From: Negaprion brevirostris
Taxonomy: Eukaryota
Assembly: GCA_030324005.1 (NCBI GenBank)
Contig: JARDVH010000193.1
Coordinates: 36,191,871-36,255,870, forward strand
Direction of reading: 5' to 3'
DNA length: 64,000 nt
Below are positions 37,930 through 50,385 of the stretch, one piece after another. The position numbers were made by a program, and so were the translations under genes. Within the stretch, counting starts at the first letter, position 1. Each line of letters begins with the position of its first letter. Under the pieces are notes generated by a model. The model was given only the letters and a program-made list of their open reading frames with translations. It was not told the DNA's origin and searched no databases.

Positions 37930-38360
37930 TCTGAATCTTTGGTTCTTGTCCCCCCTGCCAAGTTAGCTTGAACCCCTAAATAACAGCATGAGCAAAACCC
38001 ACTGCAACAATATTGAACCTCGCTCGGCTGAGGTACAGCCTGTCCGGCTGGTACAGGTCTCACTTCCCCCTTGCCTCAGGGATCTAAATCCCTCCTTCCT
38101 TCACCATCTCTCCAGCCATGCTATTCTTCCCACTTCTGCACTCACTAGCATGTGACAGTGGGTGTAAAACAAAGATTGCTACCTTTGAGGCCCTGCTTTT
38201 CAATTACTCCCTAAGCTCTGCCCGAAGAACCTCATTCTAACTATATCATTGGTGTTAAAATGGGCTATGGCTTCTGACTGTTTACTTCATCCCCCTCCAC
38301 CTCAGTGACATCCTGTAGCAAATCAGTGACGTCCTCAACCCTAGCACCATGGAATCGTAC
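37930..38360 (-). mobile_element. CR1 LINE ORF1 (SGNH esterase-like) fragment
   Basis: Antisense DLYQPDRLYLSRARFNIVA, resembling DLY..DGLHLN..GTNILA; GARVEDVTDLLQD. Confidence 0.7.
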
Positions 38361-38537
38361 CCGTATTTGAAAGGTAAAGATTTGCAGAATTCTGGAGAGA
38401 GCAATGGTGTGGCACTGATTGCAATTAGAGGAAGCCAGATAAACACATGAGGGAGGAAGGAGTAAAAAGATATAGTGATGTGGTTCAATGGAGAAAGTTG
38501 GGAGAAGGTTCGTGAGGAACATAAATAATGGCATAGA

Positions 38538-38665
38538 CTGATGCAAGGTCACAGACCTCAGATGTCAACTCTGTTTCTCTCTCCGCACATACTTCTTGGC
38601 CTGATGAGTATTTCCATCATTTTCCATTTCATTTCAGATTTTCAGCATCCACAATATTTGTTTTT
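38538..38665 (+). mobile_element. Penelope-like terminal fragment
   Basis: ctgatgcaaggtcacagacct..aactctgtttctctctcc..tgagtatttcc..atttcagatttt cagcatc. Confidence 0.75.
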
Positions 38666-38979
38666 ATTGCTGGTCTAGACTGGTTGGGCCAATACAAAGT
38701 AATTAAGTCAGAAGTTTGTGAAATAGTGTCCAGCCTATCATGTATTGATAATCTGATTTCAAATGACTGGAAGTGACTTGAACAAACGGTACCCAAAGAT
38801 TTCACTCCATTGCTGCAGAGTACATTAATAAATTAAATATTTTTTAATACTTAAAAGTTTTCAAAAGTTTTCCCATTAACTTAGAGTAAAACAGTTTAAT
38901 TTAAAGGGTGAAGTTGAAGGCTCAGAAATGAGTGCCATTAATGGAACTGCAGCAAGGTGATGCATTCAATCTGGGGACT

Positions 38980-39097
38980 CAGGGCTATGGACCCAGTGCT
39001 GGTAAATGGGATTAAGTGGGTCAGGTGTTTCTCACATCTCAGTGCAGACTTGATGGGCCAAAGGGTCTCTTCTGCACTACCTGATCCTATGACTCTA
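38980..39097 (+). mobile_element. CR1 extreme 3' tail
   Basis: ggctatggacc..gtgcagacttgatgggccaaaggg..ttctgcact. Confidence 0.75.
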
Positions 39098-39146
39098 AGT
39101 GGTCATTTTTGTGGGATGGGGGTGGGGGAGGAACAGGTTCTAGCCT

Positions 39147-39250
39147 TGGGGTGACCGTCTGTCCCATAAAATACAGGATTGTCCCATATTTGCAGCATTT
39201 ATCCAGTGTCGCATCCATCTGGCACTCAGTCCTGTATTCTGCATCAGTGT
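39147..39250 (+). mobile_element. Possible hAT (Blackjack-like) left end
   Basis: gggtgaccgtctgtccc..tacaggattgtccc resembles TAGGGTGACCA-type TIRs; no partner end seen. Confidence 0.4.
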
Positions 39251-40242
39251 GGATTAAGCAACTGTACCATGATCTCCTCCCTCTAGCTGTCCTGTTCCCA
39301 GAGAGGCACTAGTGACTGGTACAGCAGCCCTCTCTACACCGCTCCCACTGCACCACCCCTCACCTCTTCCATCCCCACCAACCACCTTTACAGTTTTGAC
39401 ATTCACTCCCCCAGCTATTACAAATCTGCACCCCCCCCCCCCCAGCATCCCCCAAATGGCTCTACTCTGACAAACTCTATCAATGCTGGAATGTTCCTTA
39501 AATNNNNNNNNNNNNNNNNNNNNNNNNNNNNNNNNNNNNNNNNNNNNNNNNNNNNNNNNNNNNNNNNNNNNNNNNNNNNNNNNNNNNNNNNNNNNNNNNN
39601 NNNATGAGGGAATGTTCCTTAAATATTTCACTGGGAGTTGAAACACTGCTTCCAATATGATACCTTTTAAGCTATTACAGTAGATTGACTCGTGCTGAAC
39701 GTAACTTGTGCTTAGAACTCTGTGACGCTTTGCATTGGATTGGCAGATTTAGGGAGAATTAAGAAAGCAGTGGAACCTAACAGAAATTAATGTTTAGAAA
39801 GCCTATATATAATGGGTGCACAATGAATGCTTTGTGCTGAATTACTATGGTTTTTCAGATTGCTAATGGCTTTCAGATTAGTTTTCGAAATTTTATTATA
39901 AATGTCTTGGGGCACATCATTTTTATTGATATTTGATTGCACTTTGCCACTTGCAAGAGATTTTGTTACTAATTGTTAACAATTTAAAAATATTATATAT
40001 AGACTCCTACATTTTATTGCTTGCCTCTCCTATTCACTTTACGGAAAACTAAGTTGAAAGAATGAAGTTCTTTCCATGGTTTTAATAGCATTGTAGGCTC
40101 TAGATAATGACTTCAAGAGAGGATAACAAAACATGTTTCGTTTGTATCAGTCATGTCCTCAAGACCTATATTTATAGACTCTGCTACATCCACTGGACAT
40201 ATAAGCAGAGGAGGAATGGCTTTGCAATCACTCTTTCCAAGA

Positions 40243-40453
40243 GACAGTAAGAAGTCTCACAACACCAGGTTAAAGTCCAACAGGTTTATTTGGAGGCACG
40301 AGCTTCTGGGAATGCTGTTTCTTCATCAGGTGAATGATGAAATAAACTTGCTGGAAATAAATGTGTTGCTTCAAATAAACCTGTTTGACTTTAACCTGGT
40401 GTTGTGAGACTTCTTACTGTGCCAACCCCAGTCCAAACACCAGCATCTCCACA
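40243..40453. mobile_element. Penelope-type short insertion with 49-bp inverted arms and an 11-bp TSD
   Basis: Arms 40244-40292 and 40372-40420 differ at one base; tctttccaaga at 40232-40242 and 40454-40464. Confidence 0.9.
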
Positions 40454-40596
40454 TCTTTCCAAGAAAGGTTGCTGGAGAGATAGGCTGTCTACTGTAAGTT
40501 GTGCTACAATCTAATTCAAGGTTGTTCTTTGTGCAGCAGTGAAGATTGCCCATGAATTACGCTTTTATGCTGCCCAATTTTTCTAAGCTGCAAGAG

Positions 40597-40795
40597 CATA
40601 CAAACACAGTAGCAGCAGGAATAGACCATATGGGCTATTGAGGCTGCTCTACCATTCAATACGGTCATGACTGATCTTGGGATCCAAATCCATATTCCCG
40701 TTCACCTCTCATATTCCTTAATTCTGCCTGTCCGAGAATTTAATAAGTAGATTTAATGATGGATCATCCACAAATCCCTGGGACAGGCAATTTAA
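40597..40795 (-). mobile_element. CR1 3' end, decayed
   Basis: cataca..agcaggaatagaccat..ctgctctaccattcaatacggtcatgactgatc. Confidence 0.75.
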
Positions 40796-40899
40796 ATACT
40801 ACAAGAAATAGCTGGCACATTGGCCAGTTTGCAGCACACACATAGATAACACAAAAATAGGTACAATTTAAACGAGGGCAAAATTTTCCTCATTCACCC

Positions 40900-42335
40900 T
40901 ATGGAAAGAAGACATCAGTTCCACATGTCAAATCTTCAGAATGTAACTGGCATGACTCCCAGTAATGGAGTCTATCCGAATAACTATCGGAATAGTGGAG
41001 AAAGGCTTTTTTTAACCAAAGCCATCAGAAAGAAAGAAACTGAATCAAATAGATCAGCTTTCTCTTTTAGCCAACAAGGAATGATATTATCAGGAATGAA
41101 AAAGTGAATCGGCAGAAGCTGTGAGAGAATGTTTTGGCAAGAAACTAGAAGTATGTGGGAGGGTAGGAACATAGAAATTGACATTTCCTTTCAAGAAAGC
41201 TGTGCTCAAACTCTCTAGTTTTGAATTGACTGAGGTGACAAAGAGAGGTAAAGTAGTCTCTGAATAGTTGGGATCAAGCTGATATGTGCACAGGAAAACA
41301 TTTTAAGACGCAAAATTTATGCAAAATATGCTACCAGCTGTGGTGAAAAAATGAAGTATGATAATTTCTATTCAAATTAAAATAACACGAGTTTAATGTT
41401 TATTTATTAGTGTCACAAGTAAGCTTGCATTAACACTGCAATGAAGTTACTGTGACAATCCCCTAGTCACCACACTCTGGCACCTGTTCAGGTACACTGA
41501 GGGAGAATTTAGCATGGCCAATGCACCTAATCAGCAAGTCTTTCAGACTGTGGGAGGAAACCGGAGCACCTGGAGGAAACCCTCACAAACCCAATGAGAA
41601 CGTGCAGACTCCGTACAGACAATAACCCAAGCCGGGAATTGAACCTGGGTTGCTAACGCTGTGAGGCAACAGTGCTAGTTACTTCACTATTACAGATTAA
41701 AATACCAGAAGATCAAAAACAATCAATTAGACCAGAGGAAAGCGACAAAGCATAGTTGAACACTGTCTAAGTATGGTGAATAGAATGAAAACAGTGGGAA
41801 TGGCGTGTACCATATAATTTGCTCAACATTATTCTGCGAGAAGCTGCAATGAGGCAGTGTCCAAAGCAACTAAGAGGTGAAGAAACCAATACATTGTAAG
41901 AGTTAGGATTGGAGGAGGGGATAAACCCTCGGTTCAATTGCCAGGGTGATCAGAAATGTGATATGATGATTAATGGATCAGCCAATGTCATTCAAGACAA
42001 CAAGGCAAATCTGCTGAAATGATCAGAAGTGCAATCATTGCAAATACTGAACATTAAAGTTTCTCAGAGTGGTGATCTCAGAGGAGGCAAAGTTACAAAT
42101 TGTTCGGTATCATTTTACTTGATAAAATGTGAAAAAGTTCCAGGAGTGATAAAGCTGACACATTTTATGCAGTGATTTTTGCCACAAGAAATCAAAGTCT
42201 GGCAACTCAAAGGAATTAAAAAGTATATTGCGAGAATGCAGAAGTTTAAGCACAGGAGTTGCAGTAGAAAATGTGACAAGAAAATTCAATTGAGGACAGT
42301 CACAAAAAGATGAAATTTGATTTTCAGTGAGAAGC
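40900..42335 (+). mobile_element. Possible ancient LINE relic, RTE-like
   Basis: Strongly purine/A-biased strand with RT-like remnants (LLNII..EAAMR, VRIGGG); very decayed. Confidence 0.3.
41395..41680 (-). mobile_element. Type A V-SINE
   Basis: Antisense tail to head. Confidence 0.93.
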
Positions 42336-42339
42336 AATG

Positions 42340-42585
42340 GCCGTGATTCTCCCAGCGCGTTGAGCTAATTTTTTAGCATTTGCGCCGTGGCTGGCTCAGC
42401 ATGCTGATTTCAGCCTTTGCAGCAGGATAGACCCCACCTCCTGAAATTTAACTTTATTCCTACTGGTGGCCTCTGCAGTGCACAGAATGTGGGAAATTCT
42501 TGTCTGAACTCCCACTGGAAAAACTAACATGAATTACTCTAGTTTTCATGCAAATTCGACACTTGGAAATTTTTGGGGAGAAATT
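42340..42585. mobile_element. Internally deleted Harbinger MITE
   Basis: ggccgtgattctccc ... ttttggggagaaatt; subterminal match to the 5604 and 25152 copies. Confidence 0.75.
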
Positions 42586-43521
42586 TGAGAATATAATGAC
42601 TCGATACTGAAATGGGCAGAATCAAGATTCGGTGTTGTTCGACCTTTAAGGATTATATGGCCTCACAGCAGAACTGCATTGAATCACAAAGTCTCTAATG
42701 AAAGTAATGCTTTAAGCACTGAAGCAGTAGAAAAGGGAGAAAAGGAAGAAACAGAGAAATTGGATGTCACCCACTCTAGGAATGGACCGCCAGACAGAGG
42801 TGTTTTATCCTCTTTGAGTTTGATTAGTTTATTCAACACATCCCCTTTTTTATTTGAAATGCACTTATCTTATTGCTTATCTCGTCATTTAATGTTATGT
42901 CCATCTGTTTTATCTTCCAGGTAAATACTGAAGCAAAATCATTATTTAATATTTCTGCCATCTTTCTATTCCCATCCCTGCCTTCCTAATTTTATTGAGT
43001 GCCTGTAAAGTATTTTAATAATTTGTTTATGATCACTATTGCCTTGACATTTCTATATTTTTATTTCTACCCACTGCCTACTCATCTCCACTGGAATTAT
43101 TCCAACAGGAATAGGAACAGGAGTAGGTTGATGTTGGGCAACCTGCCCACTCTCAGCCCAATTGAAGCCCTTTTATATGGTTGATTAATGGCCATTTAAG
43201 GATCTGTTCCAGCTGCCACTGGTAAACCTGGGTAACTTGGCTTTGGGCTTAGTGGGGGACGGCAGCAGCAGCAGGGCACCCTGTGCTAAAGGACCACCCA
43301 CCCCCTACACAATAGTGAACATTGTCCTGCTTGTTCACCCTACAGTCCTCCTGGTCATGACCGCACCCCTCCTTAAATGGCCATTAATCACCATCTGAAA
43401 GAGCTTCAATTGGGCTGAGCGTGGGCAGGNNNNNNNNNNNNNNNNNNNNNNNNNNNNNNNNNNNNNNNNNNNNNNNNNNNNNNNNNNNNNNNNNNNNNNN
43501 NNNNNNNNNNNNNNNNNNNNN

Positions 43522-43900
43522 NTTCACGGCATATCAATAAAAATAGGAAGACAGGGGTGGGAATAGAAACATTAAGGAATAGACAAGATAATACCACAGA
43601 TAATGATAGAGGGTTGGCAGAAATATTAAATAATAATTTTGCTCCAGTATTTATCTGGGAGTTAAAACAAATGGACATGACATTGAATGATGAGATGAGC
43701 AATGAGATAAGTGTATTTCAAATAAAAAAAGGGATCTACTAAATAAACTAAACAAACTCAAAGAGGATAAAAGCCTCATATCCAAATAGATTGCATCCAC
43801 ATGATTTAAAATAATCTAGGAAAGAGATGGCAGAGACGTAACTACTTAGATGTAATAATTCTTTAGATAAAAGTGTAGTGCTGTTAGACGGCTGAATAAC
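43522..43900 (+). mobile_element. CR1 LINE fragment upstream of RT
   Basis: GLAEILNNNFAPVF; lhp..lk..r.e.a region. Confidence 0.8.
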
Positions 43901-43902
43901 CA

Positions 43903-44992
43903 AATTTTATTTATTCATACAGCTGGGGAAACAGTTATAGTTTGATGTTAAGCTTAACAATCCTTTCAATCGCTTTATTTGATGCAGTAAGGAGAGTTGG
44001 GATGCCACCAGGAATGGATCTCTCGGGGCAGACGTGGGTGATGGTATGACTGGGTTGGTCACAGTCACAATCTGATTTGTACCCACTGTCCCGCCTGCAG
44101 AGCAAGTGGCCACATCTTCCCTGGTGTATTCCCAGGATTGTCCACAAGCAATTGAGAGCTTTCCCGATTTTCCGTTGAAAGTTGAAAGCCTGGGCTTCAC
44201 CACTCGGATCAATTGGAGTTGATGATGTTTGGAATCAACCAGGAAGTTCACCATGGAGAGGTGGGGCTGTTGTCAGTTTGTAGGGTACAGCAAGTGTTCT
44301 AGTAGGGAACCACAGGATTTTGAATTAAAAGCTTTGTTTTCTAGATCCATGTCAGTGGGAGTTCTTTGTTAGCTGTCAGCCGCCCGTGTTCTTTCAGGAG
44401 GATATTTTCCTCGCAGACATCAAGAGGTTCAATATGTGCTGGCACAGGAAGCCACTTGAGCTTTTTGGTCTCAACTTCCCAGAAATAGTCCTTGGGTTTC
44501 CTGGAAGTGAATATTTACCATATATATGTGGCGGCTCCTGAACCAGGTTGAGCAGCACTACTCTATTGTTGGGTAAACAGACATGGGTGAAGCAGTGCGT
44601 GGTGCATTGGCTTTGCTGCCCAGGTGGTACATACCAATTTCTGTATGAGATCCAATCTTGGCCTTGACCTTAGCTCGGGTGTTCTTGGGGTGCTGCCAGT
44701 AGGTCAATAGCCAGTTAAGAGTGACACCAAGGTATTTTAGCATTTGGTAGCCAGTGGGTGGTTGGCCAAAGGTTGGACATGAAGTTTTTCCTAGATCTTC
44801 GAGTTATTCAGGTGGAAGTCTGAAGCAACAATCTTGGTGGTATTTGGTCAAAGTTTTCAATTTCTGAATCAGGAGATTTCTCAATGCTTGGCCTCCTAAA
44901 TTGAGATTGTAAGGAGACCGATATCAGGGATTGTGAAGTTGGAATCTGAGTGTGAGGTTTAGCTCCTGAGCTGGGAGCCAGTCAGTGGAAAC
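43903..44992 (-). mobile_element. Vingi/Ingi-like LINE 3' portion, decayed
   Basis: KYLGVTLNWLLTYWQH..AKVK, A.RTA..VY..IEY-like, QGRCGHLL..SDCDC..TITHVCPER..GG.. C-terminal Zn-finger-like region, (TAAA)n tail. Confidence 0.7.
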
Positions 44993-45669
44993 TGTTTAAA
45001 CTCCAGTGTTAAACAAAAAAGCCCATCTATTTGCATGCTTTGTTTGCAGCAGCAGCATCAATTAAGTCTCAAAAATCTGTCCAATAAACCATGCACACAA
45101 GTAGGAAAAAACATAAGGGTTGGAGTTTTCTGACCATTCACGCCATCAGGACTTTACCACCCCACTGCAGTGAACGGAGCTTGTGACCCCAAAATCTCAT
45201 CCTGATACCCTGCTGTCATGATCCACAGTTTGTGAAGCCTTGTTCTAATAGCAACATGGGCCAATTTGATAACTGCACATACTAACATTTACGAGATATC
45301 ATCATCTCTGTTAAGTTGACAGAAAGAGCACTGACGAATGGCGATGATTGGAATTATGTCTTTCTTCTTTTGTAAGGCATTGAAAATTATTTTGATGAAT
45401 TACTTGGCTTTTTGTGAAAATATTCTTTGCAAGATGTACACCTTTCACACGTGCACAATCGCTCTCAAACTAAGTCTTTACATCGCTGTACAGTGAAAGA
45501 TTGATCATGTAGCCCTTTTCCATATTTCACTTCTCAGCTCTTTCAGGTTCCACTGGAAATTAACCACCAATTTCTCCTGATAATGTAGTCAGGAATTTGA
45601 CACAATATACCCGCATTGTCAAAAGTGGCCCACTCTCTTGTGTTGACAGACCACAAGCTTTGGAAACCA

Positions 45670-45787
45670 ACTGATCCATTCAAATAAGGTGGGAAAGTGG
45701 GATTAGAAAGGGCACCCGGGTGTCCTTGGACTGGCCTGGACAGGATGGGCCGAACGGCCTCCTTCTGCATCGTAACTGTTCTATGGA
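45670..45787 (+). mobile_element. CR1 extreme 3' tail, young
   Basis: gatgggccgaacggcctccttctgcatcgtaactgttctatgg. Confidence 0.85.
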
Positions 45788-46376
45788 GCCATTCTCAGTC
45801 TTGGTCACCGTGAGTAATCCGAATACTACTGCAACAGTCCAAGTCATTCAATTATCTTACTTCTTCCCACTATACACTCAGACAGACTAGAAACAAAAGG
45901 ACATAGGAATTTATTCAGCAAATAATTCACACTCCAAACAAAGACATGTTTGCACTTGAAACAAGAGTGAACTCGAGATTACTAACAAACAGAGACTCAT
46001 AGCCTGTCCTACAAACTGATTATGATAACGCTCCCCAAGCTTACAGGGAAGAAATCATTTAGTATGTGACTCATTCTCTTGAGGTTATACAAGTAAATAC
46101 ACCCTTGTTTCTTTGAGTTTAATTCGAGGAGGCAACAAAAAGCATATAAAAATCAATATATTGTTCTAATAATAAATTATTCTGGAAGAAAGCTGATCTC
46201 ATCTCTGACTCATCTTGGTCACAGTGGCATAATTGGAGGATATTTACATCAAACACCTCATTGAAATCAGGAAGTGTCTACACTGTCTTAGTAAGCACTC
46301 CAGCTCATTCCCTGAGCAGCGGTTCCCAATCTTTTATATGTCATGGCACATTTCTATAACGTAATAAAATCTTTGA

Positions 46377-46537
46377 GGCAGCACAGTGGCACATTGGTTA
46401 GCACTGCTGCCTCAAAGCACAAGGGATCCACGTTCAATTCCGGCCTTGGGTGACTGCCTGTGTGGAGTTTGCACGTTCTCCCTGTGTCTGCATGTGTTTC
46501 CTCCGGGTGCTCCGGTTTTCTCCTACAATCTAAAGAT
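46377..46537 (+). mobile_element. V-SINE 5' half
   Basis: ggcagcacagtggcac..ttagcactgctgcctc head and central domain. Confidence 0.9.
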
Positions 46538-46544
46538 GGAAAGA

Positions 46545-46659
46545 ACAAAGACCCTCACCAACTTTTACAGATCCACCATAGAAAGCATTCTTTCTGGTTG
46601 TATCACAGATTGGTATGGTTCCCGTTCTGCCCAAGGCCGCAAGGACCTACGCAAGATCA
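46545..46659 (+). mobile_element. Rex1/Babar LINE fragment
   Basis: KTLTNFYRSTIESILSGCITDWYGSRSAQGRKDLRKI. Confidence 0.88.
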
Positions 46660-46799
46660 NNNNNNNNNNNNNNNNNNNNNNNNNNNNNNNNNNNNNNNNN
46701 NNNNNNNNNNNNNNNNNNNNNNNNNNNNNNNNNNNNNNNNNNNNNNNNNNNNNNNNNNNTGACCTACTACAGGTTCACCTGGCAAAATGCAACTGCTTG

Positions 46800-47460
46800 C
46801 CAAGAAGCGTAGAGAAAGGCTTTGCCAGAAGATTGCTCAGAGCTGGGTCTGCTAAGCAGCAGATTATGAACCATGCAATGATTTGAGAGTTTTCTCAGAG
46901 TTCCTTCATGGTGGGTCAACTTTCACAGGGGCAAAGACATCAGTAAAGGCTCATAGGTCAAAGTTGAGCCAGTAGATCCATTGTTAATGCAGAGTTCCTT
47001 ACAGAGCTCCTCCTAATTCACATAGCACCACTGAGCCCTTTCATTGGTCTTGAGATGGGATAAACCCACCTCCACATTTCTCTCTGCTCATGCCACCAAT
47101 TCACCTCCATGCTGCCACGGATGGCAACAGGCTTGAGTCTAGTCATCCCTGCCTCCACCAATGAAAATCATTTTGGGCAGGATCACAATGTCAGAAATCT
47201 CCCAACTCTGCCTGAAAGATTAAAACCTGGCCTGTATTCTGCAACATTTTCAAACACCAAAATCACTGCAACTGAAGTCTTGTACTCCAGAATGGCAAAA
47301 AGGAGCCTGTAAAGCTGCTTGGAACAGTGTAAGTTGAAGTTGTATGTGCCACACACAAGAATATACTCGAGTAATCTGATATTAGCTTTGGCACCTGGAA
47401 GAATCTCAAGGCTGATAACATGAGCTGGCAAGTTGCAATGTCGAATGCTGTCAGCCTGGA
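46800..47460 (+). mobile_element. Decayed RTE-clade LINE fragment
   Basis: KITATEVL..SL..LEQCKLKL and DISFGTWKNLKADNMSW resemble the RTE C-terminus. Confidence 0.5.
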
Positions 47461-47559
47461 TAAACACCAGTGATTTTATACAAAAGCAAAATACTAGATG
47501 TGGCAAATGGCCCATTTAAGAGGTAATCTTCTGAAGGTGTCAATTGGCCCAGGTTGACC

Positions 47560-48105
47560 AAAATATTTTCTGCACTTTCTCGAATGCCTTCACATCCTTT
47601 CTGCAATGTGGTACCCAGAAATAAACACGGTACTCCAGGAGAGGCCAAACAAGTGTTTTATAAAAGTTCACCATCTCTTCCTTGCCTTTATACTCTACAC
47701 CTCTATGTATAAAATCCAGGATTCTGTGTACCACTTTCTCAGCCTGCTTTGCCAATGTTCGCTGTTCATGCATGTACACTCCCAGGTCTCTTGTCCCCAG
47801 CACCCCTTTCAAAATGATATCCTATACTTATTACCTCTTCTTGTTCTGCCTACCAACTAAGTTGCATCTGCCGCTTGTCCGCCCTTTCCAACAGCCTATG
47901 TTGTCTTGAAGTCCAGCACTATGCTTTTCACAGTTCACCACACTTCCAAGTTTTGTTTTATATACAAATTTTTTAATTATGTCCTCTACCCCCAAGTCTA
48001 GGTTATTACTTTTGGTCAAAAAAAGCAACAGTCCTCATGACAACCCCTGGAGGATCAACTGTACACCTTCCTCTGGGACAAAGTCAATCATTCACCATTA
48101 CTCCA
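47560..48105 (-). mobile_element. CR1 LINE RT fragment
   Basis: RDLGVYMH..FIHRGVEYKGKE..YKTLVWPLLEY..FW.P. Confidence 0.92.
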
Positions 48106-49720
48106 TTCTCCTCTCCAGATATCATTGAAAACTGCCAGCATGTCATTGGATCTCAATTTCTCTGTTCACCTCATTCATTCTGACCTATCTCCCTGTGATT
48201 TTGTGCTCTCCATTCCCAAAACTCTAACATTGTCATCAAATCCACGNNNNNNNNNNNNNNNNNNNNNNNNNNNNACTGAATACCAACTCTCTGATAGCAC
48301 TGAAGCCATTGCTTCCAGGACTACTACTGACCTCATCTTTCCTGGAAAACTTCCCTTCACAGCTTCCAACTTGATCATCTCCCCCCAACCCCAAATAGCT
48401 CATTCCTACTTCCTTCCCAAGATCTGACAAACTGAACTGCCCTGGTAGACATTTCACTTCAGACAGTTCCTGTCTCTATTTCAACTTTATATTTTATCTC
48501 CTTGTTCAGTCCCTTCCCACCTACATCTATGAGGCTTTTTCTACATTCTGTGTCACTTTACCATGTTCCAATTTCCTGGTCTAACCACCTCCTCTTTATC
48601 ATGGACATCCAATCTCTCTATACCATTCTCCATCGAGATAGCCTGACAGCTCTCTACTTTCATCTTGAACTGGGGCCCAACCAGTCTCTATCCACAACCA
48701 TCCTCTTCCACCTGGCTGCATTTGTGTCCACATTGAACAATTTGTACCTCAATCTTCACTTCAACATGTGTTGCTATGGGTGCCCGTGTAGGTTTTAGCT
48801 TTGCTTGTCTTTTTGCAGCTTATGTGGAACATTTTTTTTCCCAGTACTAGATAGGCTCCCTTCCTGACCTCTTTTCCAGTACATTGACTACTTTATCAGG
48901 ACCATAGAATCACAGAATCATTCTGGTGCAGAAGGAGGCCATTTGGTCCATCATGCCTGCACTGGCTCTNNNNNNNNNNNNNNNNNNNNNNNNNNNNNNN
49001 NNNNNNNNNNNNNNNNNNNNNNNNNNNNNNNNNNNNNNNNNNNNNNNNNNNNNNNNNNNNNNNNNNNNNNNNNNNNNNNNNNNNNNNNNNNNNNNNNNNN
49101 NNNNNNNNNNNNNNNNNNNNNNNNNNNNNNNNNNNNNNNNNNNNNNNNNNNNNNNNNNNNNNNNNNNNNNNNNNNNNNNNNNNNNNNNNNNNNNNNNNNN
49201 NNNNNNNNNNNNNNNNNNNNNNNNNNNNNNNNNNNNNNNNNNNNNCCTGAGCTGGGAATCAAACCCAGGTCCCTGGAGCTGTGAAGCAGCAGTGCTAACC
49301 ACTGTGCTACCGTGCTGCCCACATGACTTACAATCATTCCCCTGCCATTTCCCCATACCCTGCACTTTTGTTTCTATCCAAGTAGTCATCTAATTCCCCC
49401 TTGAGTAACTCAATTGAAGCTGCCTCCACCACACTTATATGGGTTGCATTGCAAACCTGAACTATTCTTTTTATGAAAATGATTTTTCTCACATCACATT
49501 TGCACTTCCTGTTCTCATCCAAACTGGAAAATTTTATTGAATTTGTTTCCAACTTCCAACCATTTTTCACCTTCACCCGATCCATCTATGAGTCCTCTCT
49601 TCTTTCTTTGATTTCTCAATCAACCAATGTTTATTGTAGGCCCACCAAGTCTAGCAGCTTTCCTGACCACACTTCCTCACACCCTCTTTGCTGTAAGGAC
49701 TCTATTTGATTCTCCATGTT
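48105..49720 (+). mobile_element. Penelope-like RT fragment interrupted by a SINE (48905-49322) and a CR1 piece (49325-49500)
   Basis: SYFLPKI, LFIMDIQSLYT, LENFIEFVSNF..FTFT, NVYCRPT..DHTSSHP..CKDSI. Confidence 0.88.
48905..49322 (-). mobile_element. Type B V-SINE across a gap
   Basis: atagaatcacagaatc tail and gcagcagtgctaaccactgtg head. Confidence 0.88.
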
Positions 49721-49959
49721 TTGTTGGGACCGAATTGGATTCCCAGTCCCATACTTGTCAGGAGCCAGACTTGGATAGCTATATTCCCAAAAGCAGCCTC
49801 CTACGTGGCTTCTTTCGCACTCACGATCCTTAGTGATCCCCCAATAATGCTGGTCAACCACAAGGCCAGCAGCCTCACAGACTCAGTAGCTCCACTAAGA
49901 GAGATAGGTTCTGCTAATGTTGAAACGTGAGGCCATCTTAAAGCGAAAAGGTAAAGCTA

Positions 49960-50385
49960 ATTAAGAGAATGTAAGGCGGCCTGCCCTGCAAATGGAGGGG
50001 AATGCCCCCTGGAAAACCGTTGGGACCAAGGGACCAACTTTTCTTAAGCAGTCCCATCAATGGGGCATGGAGCCCCCATTCTGATAATCCCCTCCCTCCT
50101 CCTGCAGTGAAGCTTCCTCCACACTGATCTGGCATCCTCCACACTGCTCTGCCATTGCCAAAATGCCAACAGGTCCTTTAAGTCATCCATAATTGAGGCT
50201 TTAATGATGTAAGTTGGCTGCCCACTTCTGTTCAGCTGGCAGCCAATCTGCAGTCCAGTCTGTGAAATCCCTGATGGTACGAATACATCAGGGAGTTAGC
50301 CTGACACGGCTGCCCCTATTTTCCTGCCCCCCCCATCCCCCATTTTCAAGCCTGCCATCAGGAGATTGGGAAAACTCAGCCTGAT
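49960..50385. mobile_element. Decayed Harbinger-like non-autonomous element
   Basis: GC-rich, aattgaggctttaat core, right end ggaaaactcagcc. Confidence 0.45.

Noticed and set aside
45790-46110. Possible minus-strand solo LTR
   Set aside because: No clear TG..CA termini, TSD or second copy in the window
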